From Octopus vulgaris (taxonomy: Eukaryota): a DNA stretch of 64,000 nucleotides. Under the pieces are notes generated by a model, which was not told where the DNA came from, ran no database searches, and saw only the letters and a program-made list of their open reading frames with translations. Location of the stretch: the NCBI GenBank assembly GCA_951406725.2, contig OX597835.1:49166001-49230000 (forward strand), read 5' to 3'. Position numbers and translations under genes: made by a program. This document shows positions 14,011 through 25,769 of this stretch, one piece after another (position 1 is the stretch's first letter; every line of letters starts with the position of its first letter).

Positions 14011-14130
14011 CGTGTGTGTGTGCGTGTGTTTCTCTGCTATTACCATTTCTCCAACGGTGTCCGTTTGTTCACGTTCCCGTAACTTAGGGGCAGCATAAAA
14101 GATACCTATAGAATAAGTACCAGGCTCTGA
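12957..14130 (+). mobile_element. SINE family A interrupted by a CR1 insertion
   Basis: Head ...GGTTCAGTCCCACTGT stops at 13023 and resumes CTGTGTGGCACCTTGG at 13827. Confidence 0.75.
13024..13826 (-). mobile_element. 5'-truncated CR1-clade LINE (RT C-terminus, 3'UTR, (AACT)n tail)
   Basis: Uninterrupted ORF W..EWDLCLNVSKC..KDLGILVD..LYVMLVRPILEY..LSYEERLKTLDLYSLEKRRRRGDLI..RGHS..FSVRVADPWNKL; CTGT duplicated at 13020-13023 and 13827-13830. Confidence 0.93.
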
Positions 14131-14259
14131 GATGAATTACTGAGGTTGGATGAGACCCTTCGGCCCCTCCCGCATCGCTCAATGTCTGATAGAAGTAAAA
14201 GAGAATATTTCCATATTATAATATATACACTCATACACACACATACATATATATATACA

Positions 14260-14314
<55 letters not shown>

Positions 14315-14371
14315 GTATATATATGTACATATATATGTATATATATATATATATATAATTGTATGTATGTA

Positions 14372-14556
14372 CGTAATACCAGGGTAAGCACATAAATGTG
14401 TAACAAGGTGGGAAAAAATAGTACTCGAATACCTGAGGTAGAGTAATATGCTTTATTAATATAGCTGCAAAAAGATCACAATCACAACTGTCCGACGAAC
14501 GGAAACGTAAAACTCTGAGTAACAGATTTTCGTGATGTTTTTGCAGCTTTAATAAT
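14372..14556. mobile_element. Penelope-associated foldback fragment with a degenerate hammerhead motif (same family as 56568-56795)
   Basis: Matches the reverse complement of 56715-56790; contains CTGT-CCGACGA-ACG GAAA CGT-AAAA-CTC T GAG-TA-ACAG at 14488-14525; partial inverted arms. Confidence 0.65.
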
Positions 14557-14597
14557 TAAATAGATCTATGTAATATATAGATAATACGCACACGGGT

Positions 14598-14910
14598 TCT
14601 ACTACTATATCCTCGAGCCGACCAAAGCCTTGTGAGTAGATTTGGTAGATGGAAACTGAAAGAAGCCCGTCGTATATATGTATGTATTTGTGTGTCTGTG
14701 TTTGTCATCCCCATCATCGTTTGACAACCGAGGTTGGTGTGTTCACGTCCCAGTAACTTAGCGGTTCGGCAAAAGAACCCGCTAGAATAAATACTAGGCT
14801 TACAAAGAATAAGTCTTGGGGCCAATTTGTTCGACTAAAGGTGGTGCTCCATCATGGCCGCAGTCAAATGACTGAAACAAATAAAAGAATAAAATAATAA
14901 AAAAGAAAAG
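14598..14910 (+). mobile_element. SINE family A, 5'-truncated
   Basis: Body and tail match the 18454 copy. Confidence 0.8.
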
Positions 14911-15563
14911 AATATATATATATATTGTGTATGTATATATATATATATACACGCACATACACAGACACATGTATGCTTGCATGTCCGCATACATGTGTAA
15001 ATATATAGCCACATGCATATATACAACTATAGTCATGCATACACATGCAAAGTATACGTGCATACAACATGGATGCACGAATACATATACTAAAATAGAT
15101 ACACACATACGTACATATTTAGATACATGAATGCATACATACTTCAATACATACACGCATACACACATACATGCATGCACACGTATATGCACACACATGC
15201 ATGCTTGCACATGGCAATTCTTACTCAAAACTGGCACTGCGGTCTGTCAAATAAAATGCTATTAGACACAAGAGCAATTCTTCCGTTTTAATCCTTTAAA
15301 AACCGAAACCACAACAACAACCGCAACAACAACAATATTAACAACAACAGTAACAACAACAACAACAACCAGGGCGGCAATAATACAACTAATTCATAAA
15401 AATTATTAGACAATGCGTGACCGTGACACTGGACATCCGCAGTCGATCAGACCAGTTCAAATATCACCTGACTCCACTGGCGTTTCGTGGTAATTTCGAA
15501 AGCGGAAACGAAATCGAAAGCGAAGGCGTAGAAATCGCCGACGCCGCCATTATTAGGATTATC

Positions 15564-15631
<68 letters not shown>

Positions 15632-16034
15632 CATTATTATTATTATTATTGTTTTACCATCCTCATCGTTACTATTACTACCACCGTTGTTGTTGTTGTT
15701 GTTGTTGTTGTTTCTTTCCGCCATGCCATTTTCGCCAAAGCAAAAGGAAAACCACATTTGGCAATCTGGGAGTTTTGAAAGCAAATTACAGCTGACTCGT
15801 TGACGGCGGATCCTTAAGCGTGACGAAACCCAGAGTACGGCCCTTTACAGCGTTCACATGTCATCTTCCTACTTTCATTGGACTGGACACAAAATGGCCA
15901 ACCACGAAGATTTATTCGATTATTTATTTATTTACTTATTCGTTTCTTTCTTTATTTTATTCATCATGGCGTACAAGTCTTTATTAAACACTTCCGGGGC
16001 TTCATTATGGATCGCCGATGCTCGTCATGTACTT

Positions 16035-16094
16035 AACGATGATGATGACGATGATGATGATGGCGATGACGATGACGATGATGGCGACGACGAC

Positions 16095-16138
<44 letters not shown>

Positions 16139-16248
16139 CGACGATGATGATGATGACGATGATGATGACGATGATGATGACGACGATGATGATGGCGATG
16201 ATGATGGTGATGACGACGACGATTATGATGACGATGATGGCGACGACA

Positions 16249-16279
<31 letters not shown>

Positions 16280-16500
16280 CGACGATGATGATGAAGACGA
16301 TGACGATGTCGATGATGATGATGACGATGACGATGATGGCGATGACGACGACGATGATGATGACGATGATGATGACGATGATGATGACGACAACGATGGT
16401 GATGACGATGATGATGATGATGATGATGATGATAATGATGACGATGGTGATGACGATGATGATGATGATGACGATGACGACGACGACGACAATGATGATG
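16035..16500. repeat. (GAT/GAC)n compound trinucleotide repeat
   Basis: Direct reading; source of the poly-D/M/I/S ORFs. Confidence 0.9.
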
Positions 16501-16634
16501 AGGTGGAGGAGCAGGACGAGGAGAAGCAGGAGGGGGGATGTGGATTTTAGCCCCGAGTAAACAATATTCCGAGCAGACCTATGATGAAAACATTCCAATC
16601 GCGACCGTTCCATTTTATTACAAAGGTTTACATG

Positions 16635-16960
16635 TTTTAGTCATTGGAATACGGCCATGCTGGAGCATTGTCTTCAGAAAAAAATGGTTTAATCAAATAA
16701 ATCGATGTCAGAATATATCTTGAGAAGTCTGGTAATTATTCTATCGGTTTGTTTTACCGAACCGCTAAGTTAAAGTTACGTAAACAAACTAGCACCGATT
16801 GTCAAGGTGCAGCAAAAATACACACACACACACACAGTCAAAACGACGGGCTTCCACACAGTTTTCGTCAGCACTTGCTCAAGGGGCTGCGCAGTGGGAC
16901 CGAATCTGAAACCACGTGATTTCGAGGCGAAATTCTTAATCACAAAGCCATCCCTGCGCC
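16635..16960 (-). mobile_element. SINE family A, diverged
   Basis: CGGCCATGCTGGAGCA..CCGAACCGCTAAGTTA..GCGCAGTGGGACCGAA..CTGCGCCTA. Confidence 0.7.
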
Positions 16961-17118
16961 TACATGTTTCTATTAATAGAAGTGTTTCATATTATAAGGC
17001 GTGATTTGAAGATCTGGCTGTTATTTCTAGCTGACACCGACCAGGCTTAGGAACACCCTCACTGGCATGTAGTACTGCGGTTTGAGGAAGTAGTATTCGC
17101 GGTAGTGTGTTGAGGGTT

Positions 17119-17170
<52 letters not shown>

Positions 17171-17249
17171 CAGCAGCAGCAGCAGTGGCGGTGGTGGTTG
17201 TGCTGGTGTTGGTTGATGTTGAAGAGAAGGACAACGATGGTAAAGAACG

Positions 17250-18130
17250 GCAACAACGATAACGATGACTACGAAGACGACGAGGAGAAGGAGGAGGAGA
17301 AGAGGAGGAGGAGGAGGAGGAGGAGAAGAAGAGGGAGGAGGGGAGGAGCAGGAGGAGAGGAGGAGCAGGAGGAGAGGAGGAGCAGGAGGAGAGGAGGAGC
17401 AGGAGGAGAGGAGGAGCAGGAGGAGTGGAGGAGGAGGAGCAAGAAGGGGAGGAGGAGGAGCAAGAAGGGGAGGAGAAGGAAGAGGAGGAGAAAGAAGAGG
17501 AGAAGCAGCAAGAGGAGGAGGAGAATGAAGAGGAACAGCAGCAAGAAGGGAAGGAGAAGGAAGAGGAGGAGCAAAAAGAGGAACAGCAGCAAGAAGAGGA
17601 GGAGAAGGAAGAGAAGGAGAAGGAAGAGGAGGAGCAAGAAGAGGAACACCAGCAAGAGGAGGAACAGCAGCAAGAGGAGGAACAGCAGCAAGAGGAGGAG
17701 GACAAGGAAGTGGAGGAGGAGGAGGAGAAAAAGAAGAGGAAGAGAAGGAAGAAGAGAAGAAGAAGAAGAAGAAGAAGAAGAAGAAGAAGAAGAAGAAGAA
17801 GAAGAAGAAGGAGGAGGAGGGGGTGGGGGAGCGGTGGAGGAAGAGAAGGGGTGAACGAAGAGGATGGGGAGAGGGAGGAGGAGGAGGAGGAGGAGGAGAA
17901 GGAGGAGAAGAAACAGGTGAAGGAAGTGGAGGAGGAGAAGGAGGAGAAGGAGAAGGAGAAGGAGGAAGAGGAGGAGGAGGAGAAGGAGGAGAAGGAGAAG
18001 GAGGAAGAGGAGGAGGAGAAGGAGGAAGAGGACGAGGTGGTGGAGGAGGAGGAGGAGGAAGAGGAGGAGGGAGAGGAGGAGGAAGGGAGCGAGGGAGAGG
18101 AGGAGGAGCAGGAGGACGACGATGACGATG
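17250..18130. repeat. Polypurine (GAG/GAA/GGA)n low-complexity tract
   Basis: Direct reading; open in several frames on both strands. Confidence 0.9.
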
Positions 18131-18453
18131 ACGTTAATATAGCATAAGCCCTTAATTCTTCCCTGCTCGGAAAGACCCTCATGGACCAAGAGAGGGCGCT
18201 GTTGACGTCGATGTCTTGATAATGTGGATGTTAGTCGTCGGGGTGTTAGTGACGTGTAAGGCGGTGCCGTTGTTGATGGCGTCAATGATGGCAAAGGGGT
18301 TACATAAATGACAAAAAGGGGTCAACAAAGCAGAGAGTTTCAGGGGCAGAGGAACAGAAGAGATATTTCCATGGGGTAATTTATCACTAATAATGATTTA
18401 TGAGTAGGAGTAATTAACATTTTTTTCACGGAAGTTATTAGTTAAATGTTGAA

Positions 18454-18617
18454 TAGGCGCAGGAGTGGCTGTGTGGTAAGTGGCTTGCTTGCCAACCACA
18501 TGGTTCAGGGTTCAGTCCCACTGCGTGGCACCTTAGGCAAGTGTCTTCTGCTGTAGCCTCGGGCCGACCAAATCCTTGTGAGTGGATTTGGTGGACGGAG
18601 ACTGAAAGAAGCCCGTC

Positions 18618-18654
<37 letters not shown>

Positions 18655-18878
18655 AGTGTGTGTTTGTGTGTCTGTGTTTGTCTCCCTAGCATTGCTTGAC
18701 AACCGATGCTGGTGTGTTTATGTCCCCGTTACTTAGCGGTTCGACAAAAGAGACCGATAGAATAAGTATTGGGCTTACAAAAGAATAAGTCCCGGGGCCG
18801 AGTTGCTCGATTAAAGGCGGTGCTCCAGCATGGCCGCAGTCAAATGACTGAAACAAGTAAAAGAGTAAAAGAGAGAGT
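18454..18878 (+). mobile_element. SINE family A, best-preserved full-length copy
   Basis: AGGCGCAGGAGTGGCTGTGTGGTAAG..GGGTTCAGTCCCACTGCGTGGCACCTTAGGCAAGTGTCTT..(TA)n(TG)n..GGCGGTGCTCCAGCATGGCCGCAGTCAAATGACTGAAACAAGTAAAAGAG. Confidence 0.9.
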
Positions 18879-18929
18879 ATAAAATATTATCTGGGGCGAA
18901 AATTTAATAGCAATTAAAATTTTCTTTTA

Positions 18930-19335
18930 ATCACAGGTTTTGTTGGAACTGCTGGAGTCTTGCATGCCTAGCAAGCTTGCTGTCTGCAGCCCACGGTGCC
19001 ATGCTATCCTTTCTTTTCAGCTATGCAATACTTTACTGATTATTCTGGCCGTGCCAAGGAGGCAAACATTTTGTAACACTTCTACTGGTTACTCTATTCC
19101 AGTTTCCTTTATATTCCCCTTGATGCCATCTGATACTGTTCCGAAGGTCCCAACAATAGTTGGCACGATTTTCACCTTTATTTTCCATAGCCGGGCTATT
19201 TCGTAATTAAGAGGGTTGTATCTATCTTTTCGTCTTCTTTCTTGACTATTCGTGGGTCAAAAGGGCATGCAACACCAACTATATAGCATATGTGGTGCAC
19301 CTTGTCCACCCTCACTAGGTCCGGTCTGTAATGCA
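18930..19335 (-). mobile_element. R4/Dong-clade non-LTR retrotransposon 3' fragment (restriction-like endonuclease), family a
   Basis: Hand translation: YRPDLVRVDKVHHICYIVGVACPFDPRIVKKEDEK / RYNPLNYEIARLWKIKVKIVPTIVGTFG..VLQNVCLLGTARIISKVL*; frameshift and stop present. Confidence 0.85.
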
Positions 19336-19477
19336 CCTGATTGTTCATTTACTAAGTTTTGCGAAAGAAAAGATGTAAGAAAACTAGAAGCGAAAAAGAA
19401 AGAAGAAAAAAGAAAGAAAAATAGAGAAAAAGAGAGGGAAAGGAAAAATTTACACGGGTTGTAATCGTTCATAAAAT

Positions 19478-19682
19478 GGCGGCGAGCGGATAAACTTGTT
19501 AGCAGGCTGAGCAAACTGTTTAGCAGTATTTTGTCTATTTTCACTTTCTGAGTTCAAATGCCGCTGGGGTCGACTCTGCCTTTCATCCTTTCGGTGGTCG
19601 ATAAAATAAGCACTGGAATAAATCAAATCGACTTATTCCCTCGCCCGAAATTGCTGGCCTTGTGCCAAAATTTGAAACCATT
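19478..19682 (+). mobile_element. SINE family B (tRNA-type head, Meta-domain-like core)
   Basis: GGCGGCGAGC..TTCTGAGTTCAAAT..GGTCGACTCTGCCTTTCATCCTTTCGG..GATAAAATAAGCAC..GCTGGCCTTGTGCCAAAATTTGAAACC. Confidence 0.8.
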
Positions 19683-19748
19683 ATAGATATTATTAATATT
19701 TATAGGATTGAGGTAACTCCTCCAGAAGATATAGAAGTTATTCAAAAG

Positions 19749-19914
19749 AAAGGTGCCATTGTTATCAAGTGAACGATATTTCGACATCTCTTGTGTCTTC
19801 CACAGGTTCCTCAATAATAACCAAAATGAAGAAGATTGACTCGTTTCTTTTTTGAACCTGTGGGAGACACACGACACGTCGAAATATCATCCTCTTGATG
19901 ACAATGGCACTTTT
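19749..19914. repeat. Imperfect inverted repeat (61-bp arms, 44-bp spacer)
   Basis: AAAGGTGCCATTGTTATCAAG..CCACAGGTTC versus GAACCTGTGG..CTTGATGACAATGGCACTTTT. Confidence 0.85.
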
Positions 19915-19949
19915 TTGCTATTATCATTATTATTATTATTATTATTATT

Positions 19950-19999
<50 letters not shown>

Positions 20000-20034
20000 T
20001 ATTATTACTATTATTATTATTATTATTATTATTA

Positions 20035-20098
<64 letters not shown>

Positions 20099-20112
20099 CA
20101 GCAGCAGCATCA

Positions 20113-20156
<44 letters not shown>

Positions 20157-20203
20157 ATTATTAATATTATTATTATTATCATCATCATCGTCATTATTAT
20201 TAC

Positions 20204-20276
<73 letters not shown>

Positions 20277-20279
<3 letters not shown>

Positions 20280-20683
20280 TAGTTTTATTTTTATAGCATG
20301 CTTTCACTTCACTACCGAGCGCAGCTCTGTGTGCCTTGGGTATGTGTTGTGATTTGTTGTGATGCTCTGATGGTTATTGTATGGAAAGTGTTCTGCGTAG
20401 GATGTGTGCAGTGCCTAGTAGTGCAATTTTCTGTATGTTATATGTGTTTGTAAGTCCTGGTGTTTTTGTTATGTATTTGTCTGAATATTTTTTTTATCAT
20501 GCCTAATGCACCTACTATGATAGGAATTGTTTCTGTTTTTAGATTCCACATTCTGGTTACCTCTATTTCCTGGTCTTTGTATTTTGAGAGTTTCTCCATT
20601 TCTTTTAGAGACACGTTGTCATCTGCCGGTATTGATACATCAATTAGAAAGCATTTTTTTTCTTCATGATCTCTGACAACTAT
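20277..20683 (-). mobile_element. R4/Dong-clade 3' fragment (RLE), family b, flanked by (TAA)n
   Basis: IVVRDHEEKKCFLIDVSIPADDNVSLKEMEKLSKYKDQEIEVTRMWNLKTETIPIIVGALG..IQKIALLGTAHILRRTLSIQ*, then a short UTR and (AAT)n. Confidence 0.9.
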
Positions 20684-20729
20684 ATTATTATTATTATTAT
20701 TATTACTATTACTATTATTATTATTATTA

Positions 20730-20811
<82 letters not shown>

Positions 20812-20813
20812 CA

Positions 20814-21352
20814 TTGCCTTTGCACAGCTTCTAACCCTGGAGATGTACTACAGTGTCAGCTGTTCACTACCAGTGAACTAAGGTAACACCTCTTATTTTT
20901 CGAGCAAGTGCTCCACCCTTACTGCAGCCCCTATTTGTTCCACGTACTTCTCAAGATTTTAACTCACTGTTCCCAGGGCTCCGACAATTATTGGTACTAC
21001 TGCTACCTTTTTCACGGACCACAACCTCTTTTCTTCCCAAGCTAACCTGTCATGTCTCTCAACTTTTCTTTCTTCCTTATCGCAAACCTTGTTGTCAGCT
21101 GGGCATGCTATATCTATGATCCAGCATACTTTGTTTTCTTTCTCAATTAACACTATGTCTGGTTTTCTATTCTCTCTCTCATGGTCACACTGAATCATAA
21201 AATCCCACAGGATCTTTGCATTTCTATTTTCGACAATGCCTTCAGGTTTGTGGTCGTACCAATTTTTTGCTCTGTCAAGACCACACTTGTTGCAAAGTGT
21301 CCAATGGACAAGCCTTGCTATATTGTCGTGATGTCTCTTATATTCCTTCTGG

Positions 21353-21353
<1 letters not shown>
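20814..21353 (-). mobile_element. R4/Dong-clade 3' fragment (RLE), family c, flanked by (TAA)n
   Basis: ORF 20959-21465: YKRHHDNIARLVHWTLC..WYDHKP..KILWDFMIQCD..KPDIVLIEK..CWIIDIACPAD..KEERK..LW..VVPIIVGALG. Confidence 0.92.
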
Positions 21354-21430
<77 letters not shown>

Positions 21431-21877
21431 ATCATCATCGTAATCATCATCATCATCATCATCATTATTATTACATGACAGATAAATATATAGTTAAACA
21501 GATAGATATAAAGTTTGGTTCAGCTCTATATGGCTTCCTGTTTCATGGGTGCGTCAAATTCTTATCAAAAATATAATTCCGACCAAATGTAATTGGGCGC
21601 CACTCCCTTTTATTTGTCCACTTACGAGACGATGAGGGTTGTATAAACGAAATTTCACATCACAAGAAAAAAAAACGAAATTTCACATCACAAGAAAATT
21701 TTAAAACATCGACTTTTTGGCGTATACAATATTTTAAGCACTTAGAAATATTTTTTAACTGAATGTGATTTCAAAAATGTAACTTGTTTGTACAGTAAGT
21801 ATTTATCTTTTAGTTTTCTTTAAACAGACTACATTTTAATGTTTATTATCTAATTTTATTATTATTTTCAAGTGAAT

Positions 21878-22182
21878 GGCGATCTTTCGCTTGTCATCCG
21901 GAGTTCGTTAATTTCCGTAAAAAAATTTTTTTAGTTATTTCTTTTGTTTTAGAGAAAGTGAAAGATGTATGAACGTGTATATGAGATGGACGTGTGTGTG
22001 GGGGGAGGGATAGTGAGAAAGAGAAAGAGAGAAAAAGAAAGAGTGAGTGAAGGGGTGTGTTGTCACGTATACGTACATACATCAATACATATGCGTACAT
22101 CTTTTTGTATGTACGTGTGCATGTATGTGTTCGTGTGAGAGAGAGTAAGTGAGCGTATGTGTTCTCTTGTATGTGTAAGTGG

Positions 22183-22224
<42 letters not shown>

Positions 22225-22356
22225 TACACACACACACACCATTTCATATACACATACATACATCTTTCACTTTCTTCTCTCTTTAAAACAAAAGTAAATA
22301 AATAAATAAAAATTACGGAAATTAACGAACAAGAGATTCAAAGCGAAAGATGCCCC
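21878..22356. mobile_element. Non-autonomous TIR element (GG...CC ends, ~90-bp TIRs, 8-bp TSD) with a microsatellite-filled core
   Basis: GGCGATCTTTCGCTT..GTTCGTTAATTTCCGTAA..GAAAGTGAAAGATGTATG mirrored by CATACATCTTTCACTTTC..TTACGGAAATTAACGAAC..AAGCGAAAGATGCCCC; TSD AAGTGAAT (21870-77) / AAGGGAAT (22357-64). Confidence 0.8.
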
Positions 22357-22783
22357 AAGGGAATACCATCACAAAAGTTTTTTCGAGTGCATTCAACGTA
22401 TCTCAGCGCCAAAGATTTGGCTGTTATTTCTAACATGCCCTGCTACCACGTAACAGCGTTTGCTATAAAAGACCCGAAATACCTGTTACGTGGTAGCATT
22501 GCGTGCGAGAAATATCAGCCAAATCTTTCTTTTTCTGGGGAAAGGAGCTGCTTATGCGTGATTTCGATGTCACATTCGTTGAAGGCATGCGAAATAACCT
22601 GATAGAGAAAAAATAATCACGAAACGAAACTCCGTTTCCAGGTGAGGGTCACGGGCAGTCTAGTATATGTGTGTGTGTGTGTGTGTGTTTAGAAGGGAGA
22701 GCAAAGGAAATCTATTAATATTCGATAAATCAATAATTGAGAAAAAAAAGATGTTTAGGTCGGTCTTTGGATACATCCTTCCA

Positions 22784-22977
22784 CCATATTTACTCAAGTA
22801 TAAGTCGTACTATTTTATGCTTCATCTTATGCGAAAAAAAGACAAAAAAAGCACCGGGATGCGGCTTCCCCGTAACGAGATGCTAAAACTATACAGAAGA
22901 GAATTTTGATCCAAGAGTTCGCATTAAATTAGGGGTGCATCTTATACTCGCGTCCAACTATACAGGAGTAAACGTTG
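22784..22977. mobile_element. Degenerate pogo/Tigger-like MITE
   Basis: Left CCATATTTACTCAAGTATAAGTCG; right GGGGTGCATCTTATACTCG..TATACAGGAGTAAACGTTG followed by TA. Confidence 0.5.
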
Positions 22978-23116
22978 TATATGTCCCGCAGTTAATACTT
23001 TTGCAAGTGACCTGATCTCAGATGGAGAGTTGAAGTTGAATGAAGGGCATTGGGCCGTCATCGTGACGATCAATCACATAACGCACTCGCGCGCCGCATA
23101 CACAAGCACACATAAA

Positions 23117-23147
<31 letters not shown>

Positions 23148-23153
23148 ACATAC

Positions 23154-23233
<80 letters not shown>

Positions 23234-24093
23234 GTGTGCATATATGTGTGTGTGTGTGTGTGTGCGTGTAGATGTATGTATTCATTTCAGTTGTGTTTTA
23301 CTTCGTAATAGAATCCATAAAATAATTTATATATATTAAATTTTCAACATGTTCCGACATAAATCTATGTAAGATCTGGTCCCCGACATTGCACGACTGG
23401 AATATGCGGGTGGTGGGGGTTGGAGTATGTATTTGTGTGTGTGAGTGTGTGCATGCTGTGAGGGTGCGCATACGTCTGTGGGTGCGCGTGCTGTCATCAT
23501 ACCTGACATCTCTTAATGACACAATCTGACCAAAAACCCGGCTGAACTTTCAACACTACGAATGTTATCCATTCTCCAAGAAAGATCACTTATGGAACAA
23601 CAAAGCACCAAAAATCAACAAAAAGAAAATTATCAACAACACCGAAAACTTATAAGGCTAACAACACACACAAAAACAAAACACCCGCGTATACAGACAC
23701 ATGCGAAGCAAGACATCGTCCAGATTCCATTGGTGGTGATAGTGAGGTGTGGCTGATATGATATCGATATCATGCGATATGGTGCTGAGATGTTTATTGT
23801 AGATGAATGATAGAAACAAATGGCGGGTGGAAGAAATTTATTGTATTCCCAAACAAACAAAGCTGGGTGTGGTAGCTTAGCAAATACAATATGTGCATAT
23901 CAATATATACAAGTAGGTATAAAGACATATATATATACATACCTATGTGTATATATATATATATATATACGTATATCAATATAAATTACGGATGACGTTA
24001 AACGATGATGATGATGATGATATATATATATGTAATATATGTGTATGCATACATATATGCATATGTGTATATATATATGTACATATAATTACA

Positions 24094-24264
<171 letters not shown>

Positions 24265-24342
24265 TTACATATATATGTTTATGTATTTATATTATGTATA
24301 TGCATATTGTATAATTATATATCTGAATACGTATGTGTACAT

Positions 24343-24386
<44 letters not shown>

Positions 24387-24784
24387 TCACACACACACAC
24401 ACACACAGATATCTGTGTGTGTGTTTGTGCGTTTATATGTCACGTGACATATCTTGCCGTCAAATGTCATGTTTTGATTTTGTGTTTTATTTCTGGAATT
24501 AATTTTAGGTTAATGAAAGAAAACAGAAATGCATTTCCAAAACAACTTTATTCCCAAATTGAATTTATGGTTTGATACTCTGCGACAAAATAAAGAATGC
24601 TACACGGTCCGATTGTAATTGGGAACACACACACGCACACACACACGTACACACGCGCACGCACACACAAGCACACACAAGCACACATACATACGCACGC
24701 GCACATACACTAATTTTAGTAAACAAATGTTGGAGATAGAAAAAGGGCAACAAGCTCCCATACATATACGCATATATATACATG

Positions 24785-25120
24785 CATACACACACACACA
24801 TACACACATACATACATACATACACACATACACACATACATACATACATACACACATACACACATACATACATACATACATACATACATACATACATACA
24901 CACATACATACATACACACATACACACATACATACATACATACACACATACACACATACATACATACATACATACATACATACATACATACACACATACA
25001 TACATACATACATACACACATACACACATACATACATACATACATACATACACACATACACACATACATACATACATACATACATACATACATACATACA
25101 TACATACATGCATACACACA
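24785..25120. repeat. (CATA)n compound microsatellite
   Basis: Direct reading. Confidence 0.95.
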
Positions 25121-25310
25121 CTTACATGGTGGCTGCCCCCTCTTTATCGAGTACGGCCATTGCACGAAGCTTAATCAATGTTGTTATCGTGCAATGCCTG
25201 TGCAAGAAGAATTTTTTTAAAGTGAGGAAAGGCTGTGCACAGAGTCAATCCCACTCACTAAGCAACAGCAGCCATAATCCGAAAAGAAGAACAAGTCAAC
25301 ATCATCGGTA

Positions 25311-25663
25311 ACCACTGAGCCGCAGGTTTATGTCGGAGTTATCCCAGTTACCTGAGTTACCTTCTCCTAGAAGGATGCCCTAACAAACGCTAGGAGTCCT
25401 TCACTCCCAATGACTTAACCGCGCGATCGGGTATTCAGTCCGATTATTTCTATGTCCCCGTGCATGATACAGCCTTAAGACATTTATTGGATGGCCGTTG
25501 ACTCTCAAGAGTTCCTCCGCTCTTTGACGGGTTTTGTTTTTCATCCCGCAGGGTGTCGAATAAACACCCGCCTCACCAAGCAAGCTTGGTGGGGTTGCCG
25601 GTTTAGTCGCCGACGACCCGACCATGCAACAGGTTGTACTGGGTTATATGCTACCAGTAGCAC
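25311..25663 (-). mobile_element. Probable RTE-type LINE 5'-UTR fragment
   Basis: GC-richer block containing GGGCATCCTTCTAGGAGAAGGTAACTC on the minus strand, resembling motifs recalled from RTE 5' UTRs; no ORF. Confidence 0.45.
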
Positions 25664-25769
25664 ATACATACATACATGCATACATACACACACATACATA
25701 CATACATACATACATACATACATACATACATACATACATACATACATACATACATACATACATAACTTT

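Noticed and set aside
15858-16550. 230-aa poly-Asp ORF resembling an acidic biomineralisation protein
   Set aside because: The (GAT/GAC)n tract is open in several frames and strands, and similar trinucleotide tracts are ubiquitous here. No support without expression data.
16992-18294. Poly-Glu/Ser/Leu/Arg ORFs
   Set aside because: A polypurine low-complexity tract lacks stop codons by composition.
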